Sequence record: DRR378314_108 | Length of the DNA stretch: 58,108 bases | Direction: 5' to 3' (one strand) | Shown here: positions 9,888-18,951 of the stretch, piece after piece | How the letters are laid out: every line of letters starts with the position of its first letter | How positions within the stretch are numbered: the first letter of the stretch is position 1 | The notes under the pieces: model-generated | What the model was told of the DNA's origin: nothing | Databases searched by the model: none | What the model saw: only the letters and a program-made list of their open reading frames with translations | Program-made: the position numbers and the translations under genes

Positions 9888-10862
9888 CGCCGCCTCTATC
9901 TTGCGGCGATAGGTCTGCGCCAGCATGGCACCCACGATCACCTGGATCTGGTTGTAGCACATGATCGGCAGAACGATCATGCCAAACCCGGGATGCCCGG
10001 AAAACAGTACCTTGGCCATAGGCAGCCCCGATGCCAGGCTTTTCTTGGAGCCGCAGAACACCACTGCGGCCTCGTCCTCCAGGCTGAACCCAAAACGGCG
10101 AACCACAAACATCGCCAATACCATAAAGAATCCGAGCAATGCGAAACACAGGGCGATGGCCAGCAAGATCGCCTTCAGCGGCAGGTTTTGCCAGAGACCA
10201 CTGGCCACCGAATGGGAAAAGGCGGAGTACACGATCAGCCAGATCACGCACTGGTCGTAACGTGAGGTGAGGCTTTCATGCCTTTCCAGAATCCCGCCCA
10301 GCAGGGGGCGAAGACCGTGGCCTACCGCGAATGGCAGCAGTAACTGCAGTACAATGTCTTTCAGCGCCTCAGCCACTGAAAAACTTCCGTCGCCGGACGT
10401 GCTCACCAGCAATAGCAGCAAAAAGGGCGTTAGCATCATTCCAAACACATTGGACGCGGCGGCGCTGCAGATCGCCGCTGGCACGTTGCCTTTCGCCATG
10501 GCGGTATACGCGATCGAGGACGATACGGCCGACGGTAGAACCCCCAGATACAGAAACCCCAATCCCAGATCTGCAGGCATCCATTGGGGCGCAAAGCGGC
10601 TGATTTCGTTGATCGGTAGTGCTACCAGGGGGAAAAACACGAAGGTGAACGCCGTAATAATAATGTGCAGGCGCCAGTGGGTGGCACCAGCGATGATCTG
10701 CGCACGGGACAGTGCGGCACCGTGAAGAAAGAACAGAAGTGCTACCGCCACGGTCCCGGCCGTTGCCAGTGCATCGGCCGCGCCGCCTCGCACCGGCAGG
10801 AAGGTGGCAAGGACAATCGCGCCCAGGAGCAACAGGGTGAAGGTGTCTATCCTTGGCTTCAT
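9858..10862 (-). CDS. Bile acid:sodium symporter family (YfeH/SBF-like) transporter
   Basis: About 10 TM helices with 'LFFLHGAALSR', 'LPSAVSSSIAYT..AKGNV' and 'FCGSKKSLASGLPMA' motifs. Confidence 0.88.
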   Translation of the reverse strand: MKPRIDTFTLLLLGAIVLATFLPVRGGAADALATAGTVAVALLFFLHGAALSRAQIIAGATHWRLHIIITAFTFVFFPLVALPINEISRFAPQWMPADLGLGFLYLGVLPSAVSSSIAYTAMAKGNVPAAICSAAASNVFGMMLTPFLLLLLVSTSGDGSFSVAEALKDIVLQLLLPFAVGHGLRPLLGGILERHESLTSRYDQCVIWLIVYSAFSHSVASGLWQNLPLKAILLAIALCFALLGFFMVLAMFVVRRFGFSLEDEAAVVFCGSKKSLASGLPMAKVLFSGHPGFGMIVLPIMCYNQIQVIVGAMLAQTYRRKIEAASAAASHATE

Positions 10863-11539
10863 GGGTGCTTGCCGCCCAGGACGTCGAGGCTTGGTTGAAG
10901 TAGGGCCCGCGCCAGCGTTTCTGCTTTTCTGGAATCCTGGCGCCGAATGGCGGCCAGTAACAGCTCGTGGTCTTCCTGGGACGGCTCGGGGAGCTCGGCA
11001 TCGAGTTCGGTCAATTCGATGGTCTGGGTCACGGAATGCGCAAAGTAGTCGTACAGTTCGGTAAGGGCAGGGTTGTGTGACGCGGCCACCAAGGCAGTGT
11101 GAAAGGTCTGATCGTGATGGATCCGACCTGAAAGATCGTCGTTTGCTTTCGCGCGCTCGTCCAGGGCGAGTGTCATTTTCTCCAGATCCTTCGCATCCCG
11201 ACGTTCGGCGGCGAGCTTTGCCGCCTCGGTTTCCAGCATGATCCGTACTTCGAGCTTGTCCCGCAGCTGGGCCCGGTTGATTCGCCGCAGGGTTTCTCCG
11301 GCATCTTTCGTCGCCCGCACATATGTGCCGTCCCCCTGGCGAGTCTCAAGCATGCCCACATGGACCAGTACCCGGACCGCTTCGCGCACGGTATTGCGGC
11401 TGACGCCAAGGGATTCCGACAGCTTCGCCTCAACGGGCAGTCGTTCACCAATCGCCCAATAACCCTGTTCAATACCGTGGCGAAGGCTGTCTATGGCGGT
11501 TTCAACGAGGGACCCTTTGGCGATTTTTGCGAGCTTCAT
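10859..11539 (-). CDS. GntR/FadR-family transcriptional regulator
   Basis: wHTH 'GERLPVEAKLSESLGVSRNTVREAV...RQGDGTYV' plus FCD domain. ATGA overlap with the symporter; start moved to ATG 11539. Confidence 0.9.
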   Translation of the reverse strand: MKLAKIAKGSLVETAIDSLRHGIEQGYWAIGERLPVEAKLSESLGVSRNTVREAVRVLVHVGMLETRQGDGTYVRATKDAGETLRRINRAQLRDKLEVRIMLETEAAKLAAERRDAKDLEKMTLALDERAKANDDLSGRIHHDQTFHTALVAASHNPALTELYDYFAHSVTQTIELTELDAELPEPSQEDHELLLAAIRRQDSRKAETLARALLQPSLDVLGGKHP

Positions 11540-11568
11540 GTCTAAGATCCGGCTAAATGATGATCCAA

Positions 11569-11579
11569 TCATCCTATGA
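11569..11579. promoter_or_regulatory. Candidate FadR-type autoregulatory operator TCAT-CCT-ATGA
   Basis: Short palindrome about 30 bp upstream of the GntR/FadR start codon. Confidence 0.45.
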
Positions 11580-11628
11580 ATGTGATCAGGCTGTCAAACG
11601 ACGGATCTGGAATCATGCAGTTACGGGT

Positions 11629-13110
11629 TTAGGGCGAAGGGTGGAGGAACTCATAGTCATCGGGGTTAACGTCGCGCGTGGCTTTACGGTAGGTGAAGGT
11701 AAAGCCCGGCCAGTTGACTGTGTTTTTGCCATTGCTGTCCAGATACCAAGAGTGGCAGCCGGATTCCCAAACGCTGTGTTGTAGTTTTTCCTGAATATCG
11801 GTGGAGAACGCACGAAGCCGGTCGGGTTTGACGTCCATGGCTGTACCCCGGGTAGTGTCCAGCGTTTTGATGCAACTGAGCACGTACCGAACCTGGGATT
11901 CCAGCATAAACACAATGCTGTTATGGGCGAGGTTGGTGTTGGGGCCGTAGAGCATGAAAAAATTGGGAAAGCCCGACACCGTTATGCCTTTATAGGCTTC
12001 GGAGCCGTTTGACCAGGCCTCATTCAGGGAGGCGCCGTTACGGCCGGTGATGTTCATTGGCGACAGGAACTCTGAGGCGGCAAAGCCGGTGCCGACGATG
12101 AGCGTATCGAGTCGGTGCAAGGCACCGTCTGTGGTGATCACGCCGTCTGTAACGACGCGTTCAATACCTGTGGTTACCAGCTCGACGTGAGGCTGATCCA
12201 CCGCCGAATACCAATCATTCGATATCAATATCCGTTTACACCCGATCTTGTAGTCCGGAATCAGGTGCTTGAGCTTGGCCGGGTCGCGAACCTGGTGTTT
12301 AGCGAAACGTTTGGCCTGCCATGCGAATATTTCGAGGAGGCTGTTGAACCGCGTAAAGGCCAGGGCGCGACTTTCGTTCTTCCAGTAGATCAGGTAGCGA
12401 TAGAGACGATCCCAGGCCGGAATTTTCCGGAACAGCGTCTGTTCCCAGCGATAGAACGGTCGATCCGGTTTTGGCAGCACCCACGCGGCAGACCTCTGAA
12501 AAAGGCTAAGGGTTTTTACCGCAGGCACGATTTCCGGTACGAACTGGATCGCACTGGCGCCGGTGCCTATCACGCCGACATTCTTGCCAGTCAGATCCGC
12601 ACCATGGTCCCAGCGAGCGGAGTGGAAGGTCTTGCCGGCAAAGGTGTCGAGGCCGGGAATAGTAGGCCAGGCCGGCTGGTTCAACTGGCCCGTGGCGGTG
12701 ACGACAATATCAGCGGTCAGGGACTCGCCGTCGGTCGTGGTTACGGTCCAGGTCGTGGTGGCCTCATCGAAAACGGCGCTGGCAACTTCCTTTTCGAACC
12801 GAATGTGCTCTGCCAGTCGGTATTTCTCCACGCAATGCTGCATATAGCCAAGAATTTCGGACTGCAATCCGAATTTTCTCGACCAGTCGTGTTTTGGCTC
12901 GAAGGAAAAGGAATAGAAGTGGGATTGAACATCACAGGCCGCACCGGGGTAGGTGTTATCCCGCCAGGTGCCGCCGACGCCAGAGGCCTTTTCAAGCAGT
13001 GTAAAATTTACAATGCCGGCGTTTTGCAGCTGGATGGCCATGCACAGGCCTCCAAATCCGGTACCGACAATGATTACGGATGGCGTGTTACTGCGACTGT
13101 TCTCTGCCAC
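11629..13110 (-). CDS. Type I Baeyer-Villiger / flavin-containing monooxygenase
   Basis: GTGFGG, 'GGTWRDNTYPGAACD', BVMO fingerprint FxGxxxHxxxWD ('FAGKTFHSARWD') and a second Rossmann motif GTGASA. Confidence 0.9.
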   Translation of the reverse strand: MAENSRSNTPSVIIVGTGFGGLCMAIQLQNAGIVNFTLLEKASGVGGTWRDNTYPGAACDVQSHFYSFSFEPKHDWSRKFGLQSEILGYMQHCVEKYRLAEHIRFEKEVASAVFDEATTTWTVTTTDGESLTADIVVTATGQLNQPAWPTIPGLDTFAGKTFHSARWDHGADLTGKNVGVIGTGASAIQFVPEIVPAVKTLSLFQRSAAWVLPKPDRPFYRWEQTLFRKIPAWDRLYRYLIYWKNESRALAFTRFNSLLEIFAWQAKRFAKHQVRDPAKLKHLIPDYKIGCKRILISNDWYSAVDQPHVELVTTGIERVVTDGVITTDGALHRLDTLIVGTGFAASEFLSPMNITGRNGASLNEAWSNGSEAYKGITVSGFPNFFMLYGPNTNLAHNSIVFMLESQVRYVLSCIKTLDTTRGTAMDVKPDRLRAFSTDIQEKLQHSVWESGCHSWYLDSNGKNTVNWPGFTFTYRKATRDVNPDDYEFLHPSP

Positions 13111-13164
13111 GGAAGCGTCCCTTGGAAGTTATTATGGGAGTTTGGGATCCGTGTAGAGTATACG

Positions 13165-14133
13165 TCAGAAGCGAATCAAGGCAGAACCCCAGGTGAAACC
13201 ACCACCGAACGCTTCCAGAAGCAGCACTTCGTTCTTCTTGATACGCCCATCTCGGACAGCCACGTCGAGGGCCAGGGGAATGGAGGCGGCTGAGGTGTTA
13301 CCGTGCTTGTTGACGGTCACCACCACCTGGTCCATGGACATATTCAGTTTACGGGCCGTGGCGGCGATGATCCTGAGGTTTGCCTGGTGAGGTACCAGCC
13401 AGTCAACGTCGGACTTTTTCATCTGATTGGCGTCCAGGGTTTCGTCCACAATCCGGCCCAGGGTGTTCACGGCAATCTTGAACACCTCGTTGCCTTTCAT
13501 ATGGACATGGCCCTTGCCAGCCCGGACCTGGTCAAAGCCGTCGCCAATACCAAAGGGGACGTGGAGCAGGTCTTCGTATTTGCCATCGGCATGGATATGG
13601 GTCGACAGGATGCCGGTCTCCTCACTGGCTTCCAGCACTACGGCGCCAGCCCCATCGCCAAACAGTACGCAGGTGCCTCGATCTTCCCAGTCGAGGATGC
13701 GGGAGAACAGCTCCGCACCCACCACGAGAACCTTTTTGCTGCTACCGGTCTTGATGAACTTGTCTGCCACTGACAGGGCGTAAACGAAACCGCTGCAGAC
13801 GGCCTGGATGTCGAACGCAGGACAGCCGTGGATATCGAGCCGTGCCTGGAGGATGCACGCTGAGCTTGGAAAGATTTTGTCGGGTGTGGACGTGGCGAAG
13901 ACGATGAGGTCAATATCGCTCGGCGTCAGACCGGCGGCTTCAATGGCCAAGCGAGATGCCTTTTCGGCCAGGTCGACGGTGGTTTCACCTTCAACGGCGA
14001 TATGTCGTTGCTCAATGCCGGTACGCTCACGAATCCACTGGTCGCTGGTGTCGACGATTTTCTCCATGTCTTCGTTTGTCATGACATTCTCGGGCAGATA
14101 GGAGCCCGTGCCGACAATTCGCGCGTACGTCAT
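13165..14133 (-). CDS. fabH: Beta-ketoacyl-ACP synthase III
   Basis: Intact Cys-His-Asn triad ('AVCSGF', 'VPHQAN', 'HGNTSAAS'), '[13 protein letters not shown]' and 'AFGGGFTWG'. Confidence 0.95.
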   Translation of the reverse strand: MTYARIVGTGSYLPENVMTNEDMEKIVDTSDQWIRERTGIEQRHIAVEGETTVDLAEKASRLAIEAAGLTPSDIDLIVFATSTPDKIFPSSACILQARLDIHGCPAFDIQAVCSGFVYALSVADKFIKTGSSKKVLVVGAELFSRILDWEDRGTCVLFGDGAGAVVLEASEETGILSTHIHADGKYEDLLHVPFGIGDGFDQVRAGKGHVHMKGNEVFKIAVNTLGRIVDETLDANQMKKSDVDWLVPHQANLRIIAATARKLNMSMDQVVVTVNKHGNTSAASIPLALDVAVRDGRIKKNEVLLLEAFGGGFTWGSALIRF

Positions 14134-14322
14134 GTGCTAGCTTCCTCAGATGAACGAATCATTTCTCAGTTTCTTTCAATCATCCTATACCCTATTGATC
14201 GCTCGCAGCTATTAGCGTTTTGTCAAAGGTGAGGGCAATGATGCCTGCAGGAAAAGCTGGTACTTGGGCTGGGATCAGCTATACCTTTAGACAGGGCCAC
14301 TTGCTGTGAAGGAGTGTTGCTG

Positions 14323-15105
14323 ATGACAGACCTTCCCCTCGGTATGAAGTATTACCTGCTTATTCTGACCTCAAGCCTGATTGAAGACCTCAATGACTAC
14401 GGCGTCAAATGGATTGCAAACGAACCCGGTGTTGCGGTTCGTGACGTCGAGAATGCCTTTTTCTCAGCCCGGGCGATCGAAACGCGCTTGCCGGATGAGC
14501 CCGGCCAGGCAGATCCTCGGCTATGGCCGGACCTGATGAAGTCTATCCATACCATTCGTCGTGTGCTGGACGTGGTTGAGAAGACGACGTTTGATGCCGT
14601 GATTGCGGAGGCGATGGAAACCACGTCCGATATGGCCAGGGCGGACATAAAACAGGTTTTCGATCAGAAACGCGAAGCTGGGGAGGTTGATTTCCGGCTC
14701 CATGGACTTCTCAAGTCCAAACCCTGTCGGGACGAGCCAGACCCGGCCGTTCGGGAAGCGTTCATGCTCAAGCGTGCGCGGCGTTACCAGGCCTTTATGG
14801 GATTTGACGGAGCCACACTGAACGACGAGGAGAGCGTCATCGTGAAAGACGCCAAAGCTGTTGCCCGGCACATAATGGACGGAGATCGGGACAACAGGCG
14901 GATCGACGCGCTGCTTGTTATGGGGGCGGTGTTGATTGAGACTGCCAGTGTGAGAGTGAAGAGCAACATCCCCAAGCTGATCCGCGACAGTTTTGACCGA
15001 ATGGCAACGAAGGCCGCAATGGCGCTCGGTGCGATCGTTTACCGGGACGAATACCGTGAATTCAAGGCGTCCCTTGGCTTGGAAAGGCTGGATTCCGATT
15101 TGTAA
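14323..15105 (+). CDS. Hypothetical soluble protein, probably all-alpha (260 aa)
   Basis: Long ORF filling the intergenic space, with AAGGAG RBS 8 nt before ATG 14323; no motif recognised. Confidence 0.7.
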   Translation: MTDLPLGMKYYLLILTSSLIEDLNDYGVKWIANEPGVAVRDVENAFFSARAIETRLPDEPGQADPRLWPDLMKSIHTIRRVLDVVEKTTFDAVIAEAMETTSDMARADIKQVFDQKREAGEVDFRLHGLLKSKPCRDEPDPAVREAFMLKRARRYQAFMGFDGATLNDEESVIVKDAKAVARHIMDGDRDNRRIDALLVMGAVLIETASVRVKSNIPKLIRDSFDRMATKAAMALGAIVYRDEYREFKASLGLERLDSDL

Positions 15106-15189
15106 CGTTCCGGTCTCTCAGCTGTTCACAAGCCCGGAGTATGAATGGCATCCTGAATAACCACTCTGCGAGAATAAGGAGACAAGGTA

Positions 15190-15444
15190 ATGGGCATTTC
15201 CAACCATGAGCTTCACAACGAATTTCCTCAGTACGGAGAATTGATCGACGAACTCAAACAGAACGACCCGAAGTTTCAGGAGCATTTCCGGCAGTACGCA
15301 GAGCTGGATCAGGAAATCGAAGGCCTGGAACGCAGGGATGCCCCCATCGGAGATGACCAGTTACACCAGATGAAGCAACAACGGCTGCAACTGAAGGATG
15401 ACCTCTACAAAACGCTCGTAAAGAGGTCGAACGGCGCAACATAG
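15190..15444 (+). CDS. DUF465/YdcH-family small coiled-coil protein
   Basis: 'HELHNEFP...LKQNDPKF...Y.ELDQEI...MKQQRLQLKDDLY' pattern; RBS present. Confidence 0.8.
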   Translation: MGISNHELHNEFPQYGELIDELKQNDPKFQEHFRQYAELDQEIEGLERRDAPIGDDQLHQMKQQRLQLKDDLYKTLVKRSNGAT

Positions 15445-15465
15445 GTACAACTTGCTAGGCTCGCA

Positions 15466-15482
15466 AGCCCCGAAACGGGGCT
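15466..15482 (+). terminator. GC-rich hairpin after the DUF465 gene (AGCCCCG-AAA-CGGGGCT)
   Basis: 7-bp perfect stem 21 nt after the stop codon, but no U-tract, so the terminator role is uncertain. Confidence 0.4.
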
Positions 15483-15584
15483 GCGTAGTGGTTTCCAAGT
15501 ATGGGGGCGGGCAGGGATCAGCCATAAAATAGGTAACTACTTAAGACCGGTTACGGTTATCCCTTTGTCGTTACCTATGAATGG

Positions 15585-15746
15585 ATGATTGAGATGAAAA
15601 GAGCAGCGTCACTTTACAAAGGGTGGAGAATGAAGCGTAACTTCCTCCACCTGGTCCTGACTATGGAACCCCGCCTTCTGAAAGATGTGGGTTACCCACC
15701 TGAAATTGTTGCCCAGCGCCTGCAGACGCCGTTCTGGAAATTCTGA
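15585..15746 (+). CDS. Small DUF1127 (YjiS-like) protein, 53 aa, not in the ORF track
   Basis: Hand translation: MIEMKRAASLYKGWRMKRNFLHLVLTMEPRLLKDVGYPPEIVAQRLQTPFWKF. 'LLKDVG' and the terminal 'PFWK' match the DUF1127 pattern. Alternative start at 15594. Confidence 0.7.
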   Translation: MIEMKRAASLYKGWRMKRNFLHLVLTMEPRLLKDVGYPPEIVAQRLQTPFWKF

Positions 15747-15763
15747 ACAGCGAGCTGAAACGG

Positions 15764-17146
15764 TTATTTCAGTACGGCAGTTTGCAGGAATCGCAGCAGC
15801 TTGTGGTTGTTCGCATGGGCGATGTTGATTCGTAAAGCGGACTCCCCATTCTGGTCAGCCAGCTCAAAAAGCTGGCTGGGCGCCAGAAAAATACCCTCTC
15901 CGGCAGCCTGGCGGCTGAGTGCCATAGCGTCCACGCCATGTGAAAGCGGGCACCACAGGTAATACCCACCCGTCGGGCTTTCGATGTTGTCCAGGCCGAT
16001 GCCTCTCAACGCCGACACTGCGTCGACACTGGCGTTGGCTACCCTGTCCCGCAGCCTCTTCAGATGACGACGATACCGACCTCTGACGATCATTTCATGG
16101 ACGATGCGTTCCGTGGTGCCGGAGCTGTTAACGATGGTCAGCATCTTGATGTCTGTCAGTGACGTGATCAGCGCCGGATTTGCGGCGATGTACCCACAAC
16201 GCAGGCTAGCCGACAGCGTTTTCGAGAACGTTCCCACGTAGATCACCCTGTTCAGCGCATCCAGTGACGCAAGATGGGGCGTCGCCTTTGGCAGGATATC
16301 GGCAAAGGGATCGTCTTCGATCAGCACCAGATCGTACCGTTCCGCCAACGTAAGCAGCCGGTGCATTTTCTGCAGCGACATGGATGTGCCCGTCGGGTTA
16401 TGCGCCATGGGTTGCACAAAAAACAGCTTGGGCCGGTATTGCCGAATCTTTTCCTCCAGCATGTCCAGATCCGGGCCGTCCGATTCCCGCGTTACGCCAA
16501 TGACGTTGGCTTTCTGAAGCTTGAGTTTGCCAAACATCGGGTAATACCCCGGTGTCTCGACCAGAACTGGGTCACTGGGTTGCACAAAATGGCGAACGAT
16601 CAGGTCAAGCGCATGGTTGGCCCCAAAGGTCATCAGGATCTGATCGGGACTGGCGCTGATGGCACGGTCCGTCAATGCCCGGGCAATGTCTTCCCGCAGA
16701 GCCTGAAGCCCTTGTGGTCTGCCATACTCGAAGTCGTCGGCGAGATCCGAGGTGCTGGCGTTGCGCTTCAGGTAGCGGCCAATCTCTGAACTTTCCATCC
16801 AGGTTGCGGGTAGGCGGCCGTCACCGGCACGGATTTCATAGTGCTGGTTCAACTGTTCTCGCAAGAGCGAAACCAGATCCAGTGCTTCCGTGACGTGTTC
16901 GGAATAGGGGATAGGTTGCGTGGGGTTGGCCGCCTGAACGTAGAAGCCGGACCCTCTGCGAGGGCTAATGTAACCGGTTGCTACGAGGCGATCATAGGCA
17001 TCCGTTACCGTGTTCTTCGAGACCCCATGGCTTTCGGCCGCCACCCGGATAGACGGCAGCCGAGCCCCAGGCAATAGCTGCCCCGTGCCGATCTGTTGAA
17101 TCAATGTGTCCGCGATTTGTTGCGCACGGGAGACGTCACCTGCCAT
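15764..17146 (-). CDS. MocR/GabR-family PLP-dependent transcriptional regulator
   Basis: GntR wHTH 'GARLPSIR...GVSKNTVTDAYDRL...RRGSGFYV' plus aminotransferase domain ('HNPTG', 'IEDD', 'GTFSKTL'). GGAG RBS before ATG 17146. Confidence 0.92.
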   Translation of the reverse strand: MAGDVSRAQQIADTLIQQIGTGQLLPGARLPSIRVAAESHGVSKNTVTDAYDRLVATGYISPRRGSGFYVQAANPTQPIPYSEHVTEALDLVSLLREQLNQHYEIRAGDGRLPATWMESSEIGRYLKRNASTSDLADDFEYGRPQGLQALREDIARALTDRAISASPDQILMTFGANHALDLIVRHFVQPSDPVLVETPGYYPMFGKLKLQKANVIGVTRESDGPDLDMLEEKIRQYRPKLFFVQPMAHNPTGTSMSLQKMHRLLTLAERYDLVLIEDDPFADILPKATPHLASLDALNRVIYVGTFSKTLSASLRCGYIAANPALITSLTDIKMLTIVNSSGTTERIVHEMIVRGRYRRHLKRLRDRVANASVDAVSALRGIGLDNIESPTGGYYLWCPLSHGVDAMALSRQAAGEGIFLAPSQLFELADQNGESALRINIAHANNHKLLRFLQTAVLK

Positions 17147-17159
17147 ATCAACTCCAAAG

Positions 17160-17195
17160 TGTACCAGTAATTTAACTGGTACAGTCCGTGGTACA
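17160..17195. promoter_or_regulatory. Candidate MocR operator: TGTACCAGT-N6-ACTGGTACA plus a further direct-repeat TGGTACA
   Basis: Perfect 9-bp inverted repeat at 17160-17183 and a direct repeat at 17189-17195. Combined inverted and direct repeats are typical of MocR operators. Confidence 0.65.
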
Positions 17196-17311
17196 CATGC
17201 GATAAGTGTCACTTGTCCATTCTAGCCAGCTGTCCTAATTTGTACAGGTGCACCGTGCAGGTGTACGCGGCAATAACAAACACAAAAACCACCAGTACGA
17301 TGGAGAACACT

Positions 17312-18367
17312 ATGAATCAATCGATGCGCCAGAAGGCTTTTGTCGGTCTTCGTCATGCCTGCAAAGGTGTTGTCGCAGCAGCCGCGATTTTTACCGGTGT
17401 GACCTCGGCCGCGGAGTTGCCTGAGGTAAACTGGCGGATGCAGGCGTTATGGGATGCCGGAACGACCCCTTACGAGTTTGAAAAGCGATTTGTCAGCCGT
17501 GTCTCGGAACTGACCGATGACCAATTCACCATCCGCCTGTTCGCCGGCGGCCAACTGGCTCCATCCGCTCAGGCGTTTGAAGCCGTTCGGGGCGGCGCTT
17601 TTGAGATGATGAAAACCTTTGATGGTTACGAGGCAGGCTCCATTCCCGCGTTCGCGTTCACCAGTACGATACCTTTCGGGTTTCCCGAATCTGACCAGTA
17701 CGAAGCGTGGTTCTATGAGCGTGGCGGACTTGAATTTGCCCGCGAAGCGTACGCCAAGGCAGGGCTCTTCTACATCGCACCGACCGTTTACGGCCAGGAG
17801 CCCATTCACTCCAAGTTTCCGATTAACACATTGGACGACGTTGAAGGCAAGAAAGGCCGTTTTGTTGGGCTGGCCAGCACGGTGATGGCGGAATTTGGTG
17901 TATCGACCACGCCTTTGCCGACTGCTGAAGTCTATCAAGCGCTTGAAAAAGGGGTCATCGACTTTGCTGACAGGGGCGACCTGACCGCCAATCTGGAAGC
18001 CGGCCTTGGTGAAGTGGCCAAGTACGTCATCGTACCCGGGTTCCACCAACCCACCACCGCGACCAGCTACGTTGCCAACCAGCGTGCCTACGATAAATTG
18101 CCGGATTCCTACAAGGCTGCCCTGGAAAGCGCTGCCCGCGAGATATCCGCAGCGCTTCGCCAGCATAACGTGGCCCAGGACGCCGTCGCCCTCAAGAAAT
18201 TTGAAGAGCAGGGCGCCGAGATCATCCACCTGGACGCTACTACTGTGGCGCAGGGTCGCCCCACAGCCATGAAAGCCTGGGAGAAAGCCGCTGGTGACAA
18301 TGAGCTCGCCAACAAGGTCCTGGACAGCCAGGTTCAGTTCATGAAGGAACTGGGACTGCTGGAATAA
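17312..18367 (+). CDS. dctP: TRAP transporter substrate-binding protein (TakP-like monocarboxylate binder)
   Basis: Signal peptide, 'NWRMQALW', 'AWFYERGG', conserved Arg in 'GKKGRFVG', 'EVYQALEKGVID'. GGAG RBS before ATG 17312. Confidence 0.88.
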   Translation: MNQSMRQKAFVGLRHACKGVVAAAAIFTGVTSAAELPEVNWRMQALWDAGTTPYEFEKRFVSRVSELTDDQFTIRLFAGGQLAPSAQAFEAVRGGAFEMMKTFDGYEAGSIPAFAFTSTIPFGFPESDQYEAWFYERGGLEFAREAYAKAGLFYIAPTVYGQEPIHSKFPINTLDDVEGKKGRFVGLASTVMAEFGVSTTPLPTAEVYQALEKGVIDFADRGDLTANLEAGLGEVAKYVIVPGFHQPTTATSYVANQRAYDKLPDSYKAALESAAREISAALRQHNVAQDAVALKKFEEQGAEIIHLDATTVAQGRPTAMKAWEKAAGDNELANKVLDSQVQFMKELGLLE

Positions 18368-18435
18368 TACCCACCCTGCCATAAAACAGAGCCAGCCCGG
18401 TCAGCCGGGCTGATACCGCAGAGTGAGGAGCTGTT

Positions 18436-18951
18436 ATGTCTATTGTTCAGGGCTACTGCAAGGCCGTCACAGGCCTGAACCGGTGGCTGGCAGTGTTGGC
18501 ATCGTTGTTGGTGTTCATCATGGTCGCCGTCATCTCCTACGAGGTGGTTGCCCGCTACTTTTTCGATGCGCCCACAGTCTGGGCACTGGAGTTGTCCACG
18601 CTGTTGCTCGGCCCCTACTTCATGCTGGCCGGCCCCTACCTTCTGCATACCGCCGGGCACGTCAATGTCGACATTGTCTATGGCAAATTGTCACCAAGGG
18701 CTGCGGCGATCGTGGATGCGGGGATTTACCCCGTTATCGGGTTCATTGCCTGCGTACTTATCTACCAGAGCATCCCCGTTGCGCTGAATTCCATTGAGTC
18801 CGGAGAGACTTCGTTCTCCTCCTGGAATCCCGCGATATGGCCGGCGAAGACCTTGATACCGGTCGCCTTTTCTCTGCTGCTGCTCCAGTCGATCGCCGAG
18901 ACATTGCAGGCGATCGTGCGAATCCGGACGGGTGGGGAGAGTGCGTCATGA
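18436..18951 (+). CDS. dctQ: TRAP transporter small permease
   Basis: Four TM helices with 'YEVVARYFFDAPTVWALE' and 'GHVNVD'. Confidence 0.9.
   Translation: MSIVQGYCKAVTGLNRWLAVLASLLVFIMVAVISYEVVARYFFDAPTVWALELSTLLLGPYFMLAGPYLLHTAGHVNVDIVYGKLSPRAAAIVDAGIYPVIGFIACVLIYQSIPVALNSIESGETSFSSWNPAIWPAKTLIPVAFSLLLLQSIAETLQAIVRIRTGGESAS

Noticed and set aside
12115-13293. 392-aa plus-strand ORF opposite the BVMO and fabH genes
   Set aside because: Antisense shadow spanning two real genes.
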